Position numbers and translations under genes: made by a program. Below the pieces are notes generated by a model, which saw only the letters and a list, made by a program, of their open reading frames with translations, did no database searches and was not told the DNA's origin. DNA of 16,168 bases from Candidatus Krumholzibacteriia bacterium (GTDB lineage: Bacteria; Krumholzibacteriota; Krumholzibacteriia; WVZY01): NCBI GenBank assembly GCA_036478295.1, contig JAZGDW010000002.1:1-16168 (forward strand). The letters are read 5' to 3'. Below are positions 7,051-15,098 of this stretch, piece by piece; position 1 is the first letter of the stretch; each line of letters opens with the position of its first letter.

Positions 7051-8484
7051 CTAGAGCCGGACGTATTCGAAATCGAGCGGCTTACCGAAAATACCCCGGT
7101 TTGGTGGAGTGATCCAGTTGGCGAACTTGCCGCGCTCGGTCACCCGCGCCATAATGCCGCGCACGTACTTCTTGTCCTCCTCGGTGGGAGTCCATTTGTC
7201 CTTGCTCGCCTCCCACTCTTCCTTGCTCAGGGGAGTGCCCGCCGGGTCGCAAAAGTGTGTCGACTGCAGGCCAATCTTGCGGTTGAAACGGGCCGACGGC
7301 AGTGTGAACCGAAAATCGATCTGCTCGTCCTCGAGGACCTTGTTCCAGCGGCGCACGGCACGGGCACAATCGTCCATGTAGGCGTCCCTCAGCACTGCGT
7401 TCATGGCGCGCCTCATCGGTATGGTCACGCTTGTGACCTTGCCCTTGTCATTGACCGTCTCAAGCTCGTATCCGACATCCTTGCAGACAGGGTCCGGGTG
7501 TTTCTTGCGGTTCGACTCACCGAAGCGGCCTTTGAGACTCGATCCGAAAAACGACGCCGCGTTGCTCGAGTCTTCCGAGCCGAAGAGGTCCAGGGATACG
7601 GAAAACCAGTGATTGATGTACTTCTGGATGAGATCGAGCGGAATCGCGTCGAACTCGGTCACGTCCTCGTTCGTGCTTTCCTTCATGAGTTGCGCGGTTC
7701 GCCGGATCACGCGCCCCACCCCGGTCTCGCCGACAAAGAGGTGATGCGCCTCCTCGGTCAACATGAACTGAGTGGTGCGTGCCATCGGTGTAAAGGCGCT
7801 TTCGGCCAGCGCGCCCAGCTGGTACTTGCCGTCGCGGTCGGTGAACATGGTAAAGCAAAAGAAATCCAGCCAGTCGAGGATCGGCTCGTTGAACGTGGTC
7901 AGGATACGGGGAGCGTCGGCATCGCCCGAGTTACGGATGAGAAGTTCCTCGGCCTCCTCGCGACCGTCACGACCGAAGAACTGCTGCAGCAGGTAGACCA
8001 TCGCCCACAGGTGACGCGCTTCCTCGACGTTTACCTGAAAGAGATTGCGCAAATCGTAGAGAGACGGCGCGGAGTGTCCCAACTTCTGCTGCTGCTCGAC
8101 CGATCCCGGCTCGGTGTCGGCCTGTGTCACGATGAGCCGCCTCAGGTCGTTCCGGTACTCGCCGGGTACTTCCTCCCACCTGTCTTCCCCCATGCGGTCG
8201 CCGAAATGTATCTTCTCCTCGCCCTTGGTCGGCGTCAGAAAGATGCCCCATTTGTAGTCGGGCATGCGAACGTAGTCGTACGTCGCCCAGCCGCTGGAAT
8301 CCACACTGATCGCCGTTCTCAAGAAGACCTCGTTATCCTGAAAACCCTCCGGGCCCCGCTCCCACCACCATTTCATGAACTTGGGGTGCCACTCGGCCAG
8401 CGCGCGCTGCAGCTTGCGGTTGCCCTTGAGGTCTACGTTATTCGGCACGACATCGTCGTAATTAACATTGGAAGAGATGTTCAT
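7051..8484 (-). CDS. boxB: Benzoyl-CoA 2,3-epoxidase, oxygenase subunit BoxB
   Basis: VPNNVDL, WWWERGPEGFQ, LRTAISVD, VRMPDYKWGI, QADTEPGSVEQQ, di-iron EEARH and EEAHH motifs, FTDRDGKYQL, C-terminal DFEYVRL; ATG at 8484 overlaps the boxC stop (TGATG). Confidence 0.95.
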   Translation of the reverse strand: MNISSNVNYDDVVPNNVDLKGNRKLQRALAEWHPKFMKWWWERGPEGFQDNEVFLRTAISVDSSGWATYDYVRMPDYKWGIFLTPTKGEEKIHFGDRMGEDRWEEVPGEYRNDLRRLIVTQADTEPGSVEQQQKLGHSAPSLYDLRNLFQVNVEEARHLWAMVYLLQQFFGRDGREEAEELLIRNSGDADAPRILTTFNEPILDWLDFFCFTMFTDRDGKYQLGALAESAFTPMARTTQFMLTEEAHHLFVGETGVGRVIRRTAQLMKESTNEDVTEFDAIPLDLIQKYINHWFSVSLDLFGSEDSSNAASFFGSSLKGRFGESNRKKHPDPVCKDVGYELETVNDKGKVTSVTIPMRRAMNAVLRDAYMDDCARAVRRWNKVLEDEQIDFRFTLPSARFNRKIGLQSTHFCDPAGTPLSKEEWEASKDKWTPTEEDKKYVRGIMARVTERGKFANWITPPNRGIFGKPLDFEYVRL

Positions 8485-10127
8485 CAGGCTCTGCTCCAGT
8501 CGAATTCCGGGTTGGTGGTCTGGCCGTATGAAGTGAGCGCTCCCCGCTCGCCGGTGGCATTGGGACGTGTAAAAATCCAGTTCTGCCACGCGGAAAGCCG
8601 GGCGAAGATCCGGCTCTCCATCGATTCGGGTCCGACAAAGCGCAGGTTGGCCTCGAGACCGGTGAGCGCATCCGGCGATAGCGACACGCGTTCCTCGATG
8701 GCCACGCGGACCTCGTCTTCCCAGTCTATATCATCCGGTATCTCGGTGACAAGACCGAGCTCGTACGCTTCCGCGGCGTCTACGAGCGCGCCGCTCTTCG
8801 CCAGTGCCGCCTCGACCCGCTCGTCGGCCTGGTAAAAGCGGTTTTGCAAGCGGCTAAGATGGTGGTACATCGGCAGGTGGCCGTCGTTCAGGACGCTCAC
8901 CCCGATGCGGTTCTTGCCGTCCGAGTCGTCGAGCATGTAGACCCGATCAGCTGCCAGGGCGATCTCGAGCAGGCTGCCGGCGAAACACGACCCCGGCTCG
9001 ATCAGCGTATAAAAGGTGCGGGCCGTTATGTCGATCATCTTCAGCACCCTTCCCTGCTGGAGGAGCACCTCGCGCGCGAACCAGTGGTCCTTGCGCGCGT
9101 GCAGCGCCTCGTCGAGGGCGATGAGCCATGCGGGGTTCCCCTCGCTGTGTACCACGACCGCACCGACGGTCCCGTAATTGAAACGGAGCTGCAGGACCGC
9201 ATCGCGCAACTCGCGCCACATACGAAGCGCATACCAGTCCGAACCGAGCTGTGCGGCGTCTTTCGGTATCTCTGAGTCTTTCTCCTCGGGTCCCTTGATC
9301 GTAATCTTTGCGGTGCGCGCCGCGACGTCGATCGCCAGTGTGACGTAGCGGTACTTGTAGGTATCACCCTCCACTTCGGACTGCACCGTTTCGAGGGTGA
9401 TCCCCCTGGCGTCGTTCCCTTTACCGGCGAGCTCCTTGAGACGGCCCGCCACCTTCTCCTCGAAGGTCGAGGACGGATGCGTGTAATCGACGAGATTCCA
9501 TTGCACGGCTCGCTTGCCCTTTACCCCCTCGGCCACCGTGCAAAAGACGTCGGCCAGGTCCCGTCGCACCTTGCGCTTGTCCACCACACGCGTCAGCCCT
9601 CCCGTTCCCGGCAGCACGCCGAGGTACGGCACCTCGGGCAGGCTGACCGTGGACTTGCGGTCGTCGATCAAATGGATTTCCTCACAGGCCATGGCCAGCT
9701 CGTAGCCGCCGCCGGCGGCGAGACCGTTCAATGCCGCCACGTAGTACTGGCCGCTCTTTGCCGTCGCCTCTTCGATATTGATCCGGGTCTCGTTCGTGAA
9801 CTTGCAAAAATTCACTTTGTGGCTGTGACTCGACTGTCCCAGCATGAAGATGTTCGCCCCTGCACAAAAGGTACCCTCTATCGCACTCGCGATGCACACC
9901 ACCGCCACCTCTGGGTGTTCGAAACGAAGCCGGTTCACCGCGTCGTTCAGCTCGATGTCAACACTGAGATCGTACGAGTTGAGCTTGAGCTTGTATCCCG
10001 GCCTGAGCCCGTCTTCTTCCGAGACGTTCAGCCGGATGTGCGCGATGGGGCCGTCGACCGACAGCTCGATATGCTTGTACTTGTCGGGGTGGGTGTTGAA
10101 CTGAATCTTTTCTGTTTCTGTCGACAT
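8484..10127 (-). CDS. boxC: 2,3-epoxybenzoyl-CoA dihydrolase BoxC (double crotonase fold)
   Basis: GLRPGYKLKLNSYDLSVDIEL, LRFEHPEV, FCAGANIFML, KVNFCKFTNETR, SLPEVPYLGVLPGTGG, SPDALTGLEANLRF, RLSAWQNWIF. Alternative GTG start at 10145 overlapping the upstream stop. Confidence 0.95.
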   Translation of the reverse strand: MSTETEKIQFNTHPDKYKHIELSVDGPIAHIRLNVSEEDGLRPGYKLKLNSYDLSVDIELNDAVNRLRFEHPEVAVVCIASAIEGTFCAGANIFMLGQSSHSHKVNFCKFTNETRINIEEATAKSGQYYVAALNGLAAGGGYELAMACEEIHLIDDRKSTVSLPEVPYLGVLPGTGGLTRVVDKRKVRRDLADVFCTVAEGVKGKRAVQWNLVDYTHPSSTFEEKVAGRLKELAGKGNDARGITLETVQSEVEGDTYKYRYVTLAIDVAARTAKITIKGPEEKDSEIPKDAAQLGSDWYALRMWRELRDAVLQLRFNYGTVGAVVVHSEGNPAWLIALDEALHARKDHWFAREVLLQQGRVLKMIDITARTFYTLIEPGSCFAGSLLEIALAADRVYMLDDSDGKNRIGVSVLNDGHLPMYHHLSRLQNRFYQADERVEAALAKSGALVDAAEAYELGLVTEIPDDIDWEDEVRVAIEERVSLSPDALTGLEANLRFVGPESMESRIFARLSAWQNWIFTRPNATGERGALTSYGQTTNPEFDWSRA

Positions 10128-10141
10128 GTCTTTTCGAAACC

Positions 10142-11191
10142 TCACTTGCCTTGGTTGTCCGAACTCACGCGGATGACGAGCTTGCCGAGCACCTCGCGTT
10201 TCTCCATCAACCGGTGCGCCTCCGCGGTATCCGCGAGATCCATCACCCTGCCGATCGTTGCCTTCATCGCTCCCCGGAAGAGCAGCTGCAGCGGGGCGAG
10301 CAGCTCGTTCCGGGTGCCCGTGGTGGACCCGATCACCTCGAGCTGGTTATAGAAAATATAACGAAGGTCCGTGGGCGGGTCGTAGCCAGTGGTGGCGCCG
10401 CACGTCAACAGGCGGCCGCCCTTCGCCAGGCTCCTCAGACTCTTGACCCAGGTGGCCTTGCCGACGTAGTCCACGCATATGTCGACGCCCCTCTTGCCCG
10501 TTTCCTCGCGCACGCGCTCGAGGAAATCCTCGTCTTTATAGTTGATGAGAACGTCCGCGCCCAGCTCGCGGCAGAATTCCAGTTTGTCGTCGCTGCTCGC
10601 CGCCGCGATGACGCGGGCGCCCGCGCCCTTCGCAATCTGGATGCAGGCGCTTCCCACGCCCGCGGCCGCGCCCAGAATCAAGACGTCTTCCGCCGGACGG
10701 AGCTTACCACGCGTGACCAGCATGCGCCACGCCGTTACAAAAACCATCGGTACCGCCGCCGCTTCTTCGTACGAGAAGTGGTCGGGGATCTTGACGACGT
10801 TATCTTCGGGGACAACGAGCTTCTCGGCGTACCCCCCCCACACGTGCTCTCCAATGATTTGCAGTCTGCGGCACATCGAGGCGTCGCCGCGCACGCACAC
10901 CTCGCACCTGCCGCAAGTAATCGACGGGTTGACCAGCACGCGGTCGCCGACCGCTACGTCGCTTACCCCGTCGCCGATGGCGGCCACACGGCCGGCGGCG
11001 TCGCATCCCGGCACATGGGGCAGCGGCAGCTCGATACCGGGCAGGCCCTGCCTGACGAAGATGTCCAGGTGGTTGAGTGACGTGGCCCGCACGTCGATCA
11101 GTACCTCACCCGACCCGGCGGCAGGCGCCTCGAGTTCACCCACCTCGAGGACTTCGGGACCACCGTGCTTTTTGAAATAAACTGCCTTCAC
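10142..11191 (-). CDS. MDR-superfamily zinc-binding oxidoreductase (alcohol dehydrogenase/quinone reductase-like)
   Basis: GroES domain (HGGPEVL, SLNHLD, PHVPGCD), structural-Zn CGRCEVC-x7-C, Rossmann GAAAGVG; lacks canonical catalytic-Zn Cys and GHE. Confidence 0.9.
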   Translation of the reverse strand: MKAVYFKKHGGPEVLEVGELEAPAAGSGEVLIDVRATSLNHLDIFVRQGLPGIELPLPHVPGCDAAGRVAAIGDGVSDVAVGDRVLVNPSITCGRCEVCVRGDASMCRRLQIIGEHVWGGYAEKLVVPEDNVVKIPDHFSYEEAAAVPMVFVTAWRMLVTRGKLRPAEDVLILGAAAGVGSACIQIAKGAGARVIAAASSDDKLEFCRELGADVLINYKDEDFLERVREETGKRGVDICVDYVGKATWVKSLRSLAKGGRLLTCGATTGYDPPTDLRYIFYNQLEVIGSTTGTRNELLAPLQLLFRGAMKATIGRVMDLADTAEAHRLMEKREVLGKLVIRVSSDNQGK

Positions 11192-11202
11192 CCGTTCCCC
11201 CG

Positions 11203-11616
11203 TCAGGTCCGGAAGCGCTCGAATCGCTCGCGCAAATCATCGGGAATAGAGATCGCCTTGAACGTGTCGTTGTCTATGGCGACGGTGGTTATTTCCGCCG
11301 TCGTTGCCAGTACACCGTCCGCCACGCGGGTAATCGTGTAACGGATGGTTATGGATTTCTTGCCGACACGGACGAGTTCCAGCTCGACGCGAATGCGCTC
11401 TCCGAAACGGAGCGGACTCTTGAACTGCGTTTCGATGCGAACGGCCGGAAAACCGATGTTCCTCTCGACGATAATTTCGCGGTACGAGATGCCCAGAGCG
11501 TCGCCGAACCAGTCCTCAAAGGTCCGGTGAAAATAGTGAAAAAACCGCGGGTAATAGACCACGCGTGCGTGATCGACTTCACCGAAACGAATGGTGAACT
11601 CCTCGGCGTATTTCAC
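11203..11616 (-). CDS. Acyl-CoA thioesterase (4HBT/YbgC hot-dog fold), likely aromatic-CoA thioesterase
   Basis: IRFGEVDHARVVYYPRFF motif, FKSPLRFGE; GTG at 11616 gives a family-typical 137 aa (TTG at 11715 would overlap the upstream gene by 35 nt). Confidence 0.85.
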   Translation of the reverse strand: MKYAEEFTIRFGEVDHARVVYYPRFFHYFHRTFEDWFGDALGISYREIIVERNIGFPAVRIETQFKSPLRFGERIRVELELVRVGKKSITIRYTITRVADGVLATTAEITTVAIDNDTFKAISIPDDLRERFERFRT

Positions 11617-11680
11617 CTGCCACCCGTCCCGGTCGAGCTGGGCGTAGGCGCCGGCATTCTCGAGCGACGGCAACCCATCA

Positions 11681-12010
11681 TCAGAGCTCTCTTTCTGCTT
11701 TGGCGGCCAGGACAAAATCGCTCTCGGTCAGACCGTTGATCTTATGGGTCCATATGGTGAGCTTTACTTTGCCCCAACTCAGATAGATGTCGGGGTGGTG
11801 TCCCTGCGCCTCGGCCAGCTCACCCACCTTCACCGTAAAGTCCATGGCCTCGCGAAAGTTCTTGAAGCTGTACTCCTTCTCCAGGTGGTGATCGTCGACG
11901 GACTTCCAACCGCCCCCGAGCTGGTCGAGCAGGGATTGGATCGCCTTTTCGCCAAGCGGCGGCACCCCGCCGCGGCACGGTACACATTCCTTATTGGCCA
12001 GTTCGCTCAT
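11681..12010 (-). CDS. Pterin-4-alpha-carbinolamine dehydratase (PCD, PhhB family)
   Basis: MSELANKECVPCRGG start, FKNF, catalytic EAQGHHP, WTHKINGLTESDFVLAAK. Confidence 0.92.
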   Translation of the reverse strand: MSELANKECVPCRGGVPPLGEKAIQSLLDQLGGGWKSVDDHHLEKEYSFKNFREAMDFTVKVGELAEAQGHHPDIYLSWGKVKLTIWTHKINGLTESDFVLAAKAEREL

Positions 12011-12026
12011 CTGCCGCATTCCCTTT

Positions 12027-12046
12027 CGCCGGGTCCTGACCCGGCG
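12027..12046. other. GC-rich intergenic hairpin between sodA and PCD, no U-tract
   Basis: CGCCGGGTC-ct-GACCCGGCG perfect 9-bp inverted repeat; followed by AAAG on the coding strand. Confidence 0.6.
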
Positions 12047-12063
12047 GCCAGGACGACATCGCG

Positions 12064-12675
12064 CTACTTCGCGGCTTCGAAACGCCGCGCCACTTCCTGC
12101 CAGTTGACGACGTTCCACCACGCCTTGACGTAGTCCGGGCGCCGGTTCTGGTAGTTCAGGTAGTACGCGTGCTCCCATACGTCGATTCCCAGGATAGGCT
12201 TAAGGCCCTCGGATATCGGGTTGTCCTGGTTCGGCGTCGAGGTCACGGTCAGCCCGCCGTCGGACTTGACGGACAGCCATGCCCAACCGCTGCCGAAGCG
12301 TGTCGCGGCCGCTGTGGCGAGCGTATCCTGGAACTTTGCGAAGTCACCGAACGCGGCGCTAATCGCCGTGGCAAGGGCGTCTTGCGGTTGGCCGCCCGCG
12401 TTGGGGCTTATGATGGTCCAGAACATGTTGTGGTTGTAGAAACCGCCGCCGTTGTTGCGCACCGCCGTACGAATGTCCTCGGGGACCGCATCGAGGTCCG
12501 TCAACAGATCTTCGATACTCTTGTCCTTCAAATCGGAGTGTTTGTCGAGGGCGGCGTTGAGATTGTTGGTGTAGGCGGCGTGGTGTTTGCCGTGATGGAT
12601 CTCCATGGTCTTCGCGTCGATGTGCGGCTCGAGCGCGTTGGTCTCGTACGGCAGTTTTGGAAGTTCGAAAGGCAT
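12064..12675 (-). CDS. sodA: Superoxide dismutase, Mn-type signature
   Basis: [16 protein letters not shown] (GG, Mn-type), NQDNP (Mn-type Gln), [18 protein letters not shown]. Confidence 0.93.
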   Translation of the reverse strand: MPFELPKLPYETNALEPHIDAKTMEIHHGKHHAAYTNNLNAALDKHSDLKDKSIEDLLTDLDAVPEDIRTAVRNNGGGFYNHNMFWTIISPNAGGQPQDALATAISAAFGDFAKFQDTLATAAATRFGSGWAWLSVKSDGGLTVTSTPNQDNPISEGLKPILGIDVWEHAYYLNYQNRRPDYVKAWWNVVNWQEVARRFEAAK

Positions 12676-12833
12676 GATGGACTCCTCCAGGTGAGTATGA
12701 ATCCCCGGGCACCCCGTGGGCGGGAAAGAGCTCGTGAACTCACAACCGTTTGGTCTTGTGCGGTGATTACAACGAATACAGGCCTACGCGCAGTAGCAAT
12801 CGACACAACGGCTAGACGCAGGATTTCGCAGGT

Positions 12834-12862
12834 AGTATAAGCAGTTTAGTGACGCCGGTCAA
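12834..12862 (-). promoter_or_regulatory. Sigma70-like promoter of sodA and probably the downstream box genes
   Basis: Minus strand TTGACC (12862-12857) - 17 nt - TATACT (12839-12834). Confidence 0.65.
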
Positions 12863-12899
12863 AGGGGAAATGGAACTGGGTGTGGTAACAGGAATTCGC

Positions 12900-13400
12900 C
12901 TATTTTCCCCCAGCGCTGGTCAGGTCGGTCTTGAGTTCACATTCGGGACATTCCTCACCGGCCAGGTGCCACTCGAGAAACTCGTGGAAATGTTCTATGA
13001 CGGGGCTGAAATCCTTGGGGCAGTTGGCGAGATAATCGAGGAATACCAGCAGGCGTTGGTAGGTGTCCTTCCCGACTACGTGTTCGATCTCGCAGGCCTC
13101 GAGCTCGGCTAAGGACTCGTCCACGCGCAGGATCTCCACCAGAAAGCGCTGCAGGACCTCGAAACGGTCGTTGACCCCCTCGGCCAGACGTTTCCCCCTA
13201 GCGGAGAGCTTCACCTCGCCGTAGGAAGGATGGACTACCAGCCCTTTTGTTTTCAACGTGCGCAGGGCCTCCGAGACGCTGGGCATGGTGATCCCCATCT
13301 TTTCCGCGATGGCCTTGACGCGCACCGGGGCGTTGTCGCGGCCCAGGCGAAGGATCGTCTTCAGGTACATCTCCATATTGGGTGAAAGCTTCTTGTCCAT
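12900..13400 (-). CDS. DtxR/MntR-family metal-dependent transcriptional regulator with Cys/His-rich tail
   Basis: EMYLKTI, HTH IAEKMGITMPSVSEAL, GEVKLS, EACEIEH dimerisation/metal motif. Confidence 0.92.
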   Translation of the reverse strand: MDKKLSPNMEMYLKTILRLGRDNAPVRVKAIAEKMGITMPSVSEALRTLKTKGLVVHPSYGEVKLSARGKRLAEGVNDRFEVLQRFLVEILRVDESLAELEACEIEHVVGKDTYQRLLVFLDYLANCPKDFSPVIEHFHEFLEWHLAGEECPECELKTDLTSAGGK

Positions 13401-13433
13401 ACACTGGTCCCTGTTACCTCTGGGGCTGTAGAG

Positions 13434-13763
13434 CTAGATGCTGAAGGATTCGCCGCAGCCGCAGGTGCTCGTGGCGTTGGGATTGGAAAAGACGAAACCC
13501 TTGCCGTTCAGCCCGGTCGTGTAGTCCAGCGTGGTGCCGGTGAGAAAGAGCTGGCTCTTTGCGTCCACCAACAGGCGGACGCCGTCCTTTTCGATCACGG
13601 TGTCGCCGTCTCGTTTCTCGGTATCGATGGAGAGGTCGTAGGAAAATCCCGAACACCCACCGCCCTTGACGCCGACCCGGAGATACGCTTCCGCCGGCGC
13701 GACCTTCTTTTCCTCGATTGCCGCCTTGATGGCCTCTACCGCATTGTCCGTTATGGTAATCAT
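13434..13763 (-). CDS. A-type iron-sulfur cluster carrier (HesB/IscA/ErpA/SufA family)
   Basis: LRVGVKGGGCSGFSY and NPNATSTCGCGESF; GGGAG RBS 7 nt before ATG 13763. Confidence 0.95.
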   Translation of the reverse strand: MITITDNAVEAIKAAIEEKKVAPAEAYLRVGVKGGGCSGFSYDLSIDTEKRDGDTVIEKDGVRLLVDAKSQLFLTGTTLDYTTGLNGKGFVFSNPNATSTCGCGESFSI

Positions 13764-13800
13764 GTCCAAACTCCCGTTTTAACTGGTTGCATCTACGTTC

Positions 13801-13830
13801 ATTATAATACCCGGGACACGTAATAGTCAA
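13801..13830 (-). promoter_or_regulatory. Sigma70-like promoter for Fe-S carrier plus regulator
   Basis: Minus strand TTGACT (13830-13825) - 18 nt - TATAAT (13806-13801). Confidence 0.65.
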
Positions 13831-13989
13831 ATAGTCCCTAACCCCCTTTTTTGCAAGCAAATGCCGCTCCAAACGGGGACAGCGACGGTTTGAAATGGAC
13901 GGCCTTCCGACCGCCTGGACAGCGGACGGGGTTCGGCGCCTGTGCCGCCTGGAAAGCGGACGCAGCTGGGCTTTGCCGGTGGTTTTCGC

Positions 13990-14034
13990 TTCACAAACGC
14001 GGCAGGCCGACGTATATTAAGTCCAATAAATTTA
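13990..14034 (+). promoter_or_regulatory. Sigma70-like promoter of the barrel gene overlapped by an AT-rich imperfect palindrome (candidate DtxR-family operator)
   Basis: TTCACA (13990-13995) - 17 nt - TATATT (14013-14018); TATATTAAGTCCAATAAATTTA (14013-14034), 14/22 self-complementary. Confidence 0.5.
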
Positions 14035-14149
14035 AGGGGATGGCGATTCTGATCGGGGGCCCCACCCCGGCTGCCTGCGCGATGGCCGCGCGTTCCCACC
14101 CGTCCACCGGACACTCGCCCACCGACATCATTACAGAGGAGGACCCTGC

Positions 14150-15064
14150 GTGCAGGTCTGCAAAGCCTTGTCGGGCGCGTTCGCGCTCATGCTGCTCCCG
14201 CATTTTGCGGCGCCGGCGCTCGCGCAGGCGTGGCTGCAGGAAACCGGCAGCTATTACTTCAAGGTATCGGCAAGCTACCTGTCCGCCGACGAGGAGTTCA
14301 ATTTCGAGGGCGACCGCAAGCCGGTCTTGAACGAGGACGGCTCCAAGATGGATACGTCGTTTCGCGACATCTCCCTCACCGCCTACCTCGAGTACGGTTG
14401 GCGGGACTACCTCACACTGGTCGCGAGCGTCCCTTACAAGATTGTGACCACGATGGAAACCCGCGCGTCGGGATTTCGCATCGAACCGACCAACGGCGGG
14501 CTGGGTGATTTCTTGATCGCCCTGCGCGCGCCGCTGCTTCGCAAACCCTTCGTCCTCTCCGTGCAGGGTGGACTCAAGCTGCCCCTCGGCTACGAGCAGG
14601 ACCCCGACAACGACGGGGCGCCGCTCGGCACCGGCGAAGTGGATGCGGAATTCCAACTGCTCTACGGACAGAGCCTGTGGCCCATCCCCGCGTACATAAG
14701 CGCCGGCTTCGGCTACCGCATTCGTGGCGGCTCCGGCACGCGTGACCTGGCAACGGTGGGCGCCATCGGCGGTCTCAACGATGAGATCTTCTATAATGTG
14801 GAAGCCGGTTACACGCTGGGACGGGTTTTCGTCAAGCTGAGGTTCGATGCCCTGCAGAGCACCGAAGATCCCCCGGATCTCTCCGGCGGCGGTTCCCGCC
14901 TCGAAGTGGTGGCGGGTGACCAGGACGTCTACAAGCTGACGCCGGAACTGGACTACAATTTCAATGAGAACTTCGCCATAAGCACGGAGCTCTTTCACAT
15001 CTTCGCGGGCGCGAACACGGTGGCGGGAACGGCGGTGTCAGTGGGTGTGGTGTTCAAGAGGTAG
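14150..15064 (+). CDS. Outer-membrane beta-barrel protein, COG4313 / 'MetA-pathway of phenol degradation'-like
   Basis: GAGGAGG RBS, GTG start, signal peptide (..ALA-QA), GLGDFLIALR, GLKLPLGY, PLGTGEVD motifs, alternating beta-strands, C-terminal VSVGVVF. Confidence 0.7.
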   Translation: MQVCKALSGAFALMLLPHFAAPALAQAWLQETGSYYFKVSASYLSADEEFNFEGDRKPVLNEDGSKMDTSFRDISLTAYLEYGWRDYLTLVASVPYKIVTTMETRASGFRIEPTNGGLGDFLIALRAPLLRKPFVLSVQGGLKLPLGYEQDPDNDGAPLGTGEVDAEFQLLYGQSLWPIPAYISAGFGYRIRGGSGTRDLATVGAIGGLNDEIFYNVEAGYTLGRVFVKLRFDALQSTEDPPDLSGGGSRLEVVAGDQDVYKLTPELDYNFNENFAISTELFHIFAGANTVAGTAVSVGVVFKR

Positions 15065-15098
15065 ACCTGCCTCTTCGGGGTGGCAGTAATCCCTCCCG

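Noticed and set aside
8485..8589. 35-aa N-terminal extension of BoxB in the ORF track
   Set aside because: Lies inside the boxC 3' end; ATG at 8484 gives a TGATG coupling and the expected BoxB N-terminus.
5530..8835. 1101-aa plus-strand ORF
   Set aside because: Antisense shadow of ALDH and boxB, which share a frame; high-GC codon bias suppresses stops; no recognisable motifs.
9477..11180. Plus-strand ORFs of 212-309 aa opposite boxC and the MDR gene (likewise 13991-14998 and 3563-4411 on minus)
   Set aside because: Antisense shadows of well-supported genes with no protein-like features.
12676..12830. yybP-ykoY manganese riboswitch upstream of sodA
   Set aside because: The conserved GGGGAGUAG-type 5' element is not visible.
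13821..13842. IscR or DtxR box at the Fe-S carrier promoter (ATAGTC direct repeat, CCTAA)
   Set aside because: Only half-site similarity; no convincing palindrome.
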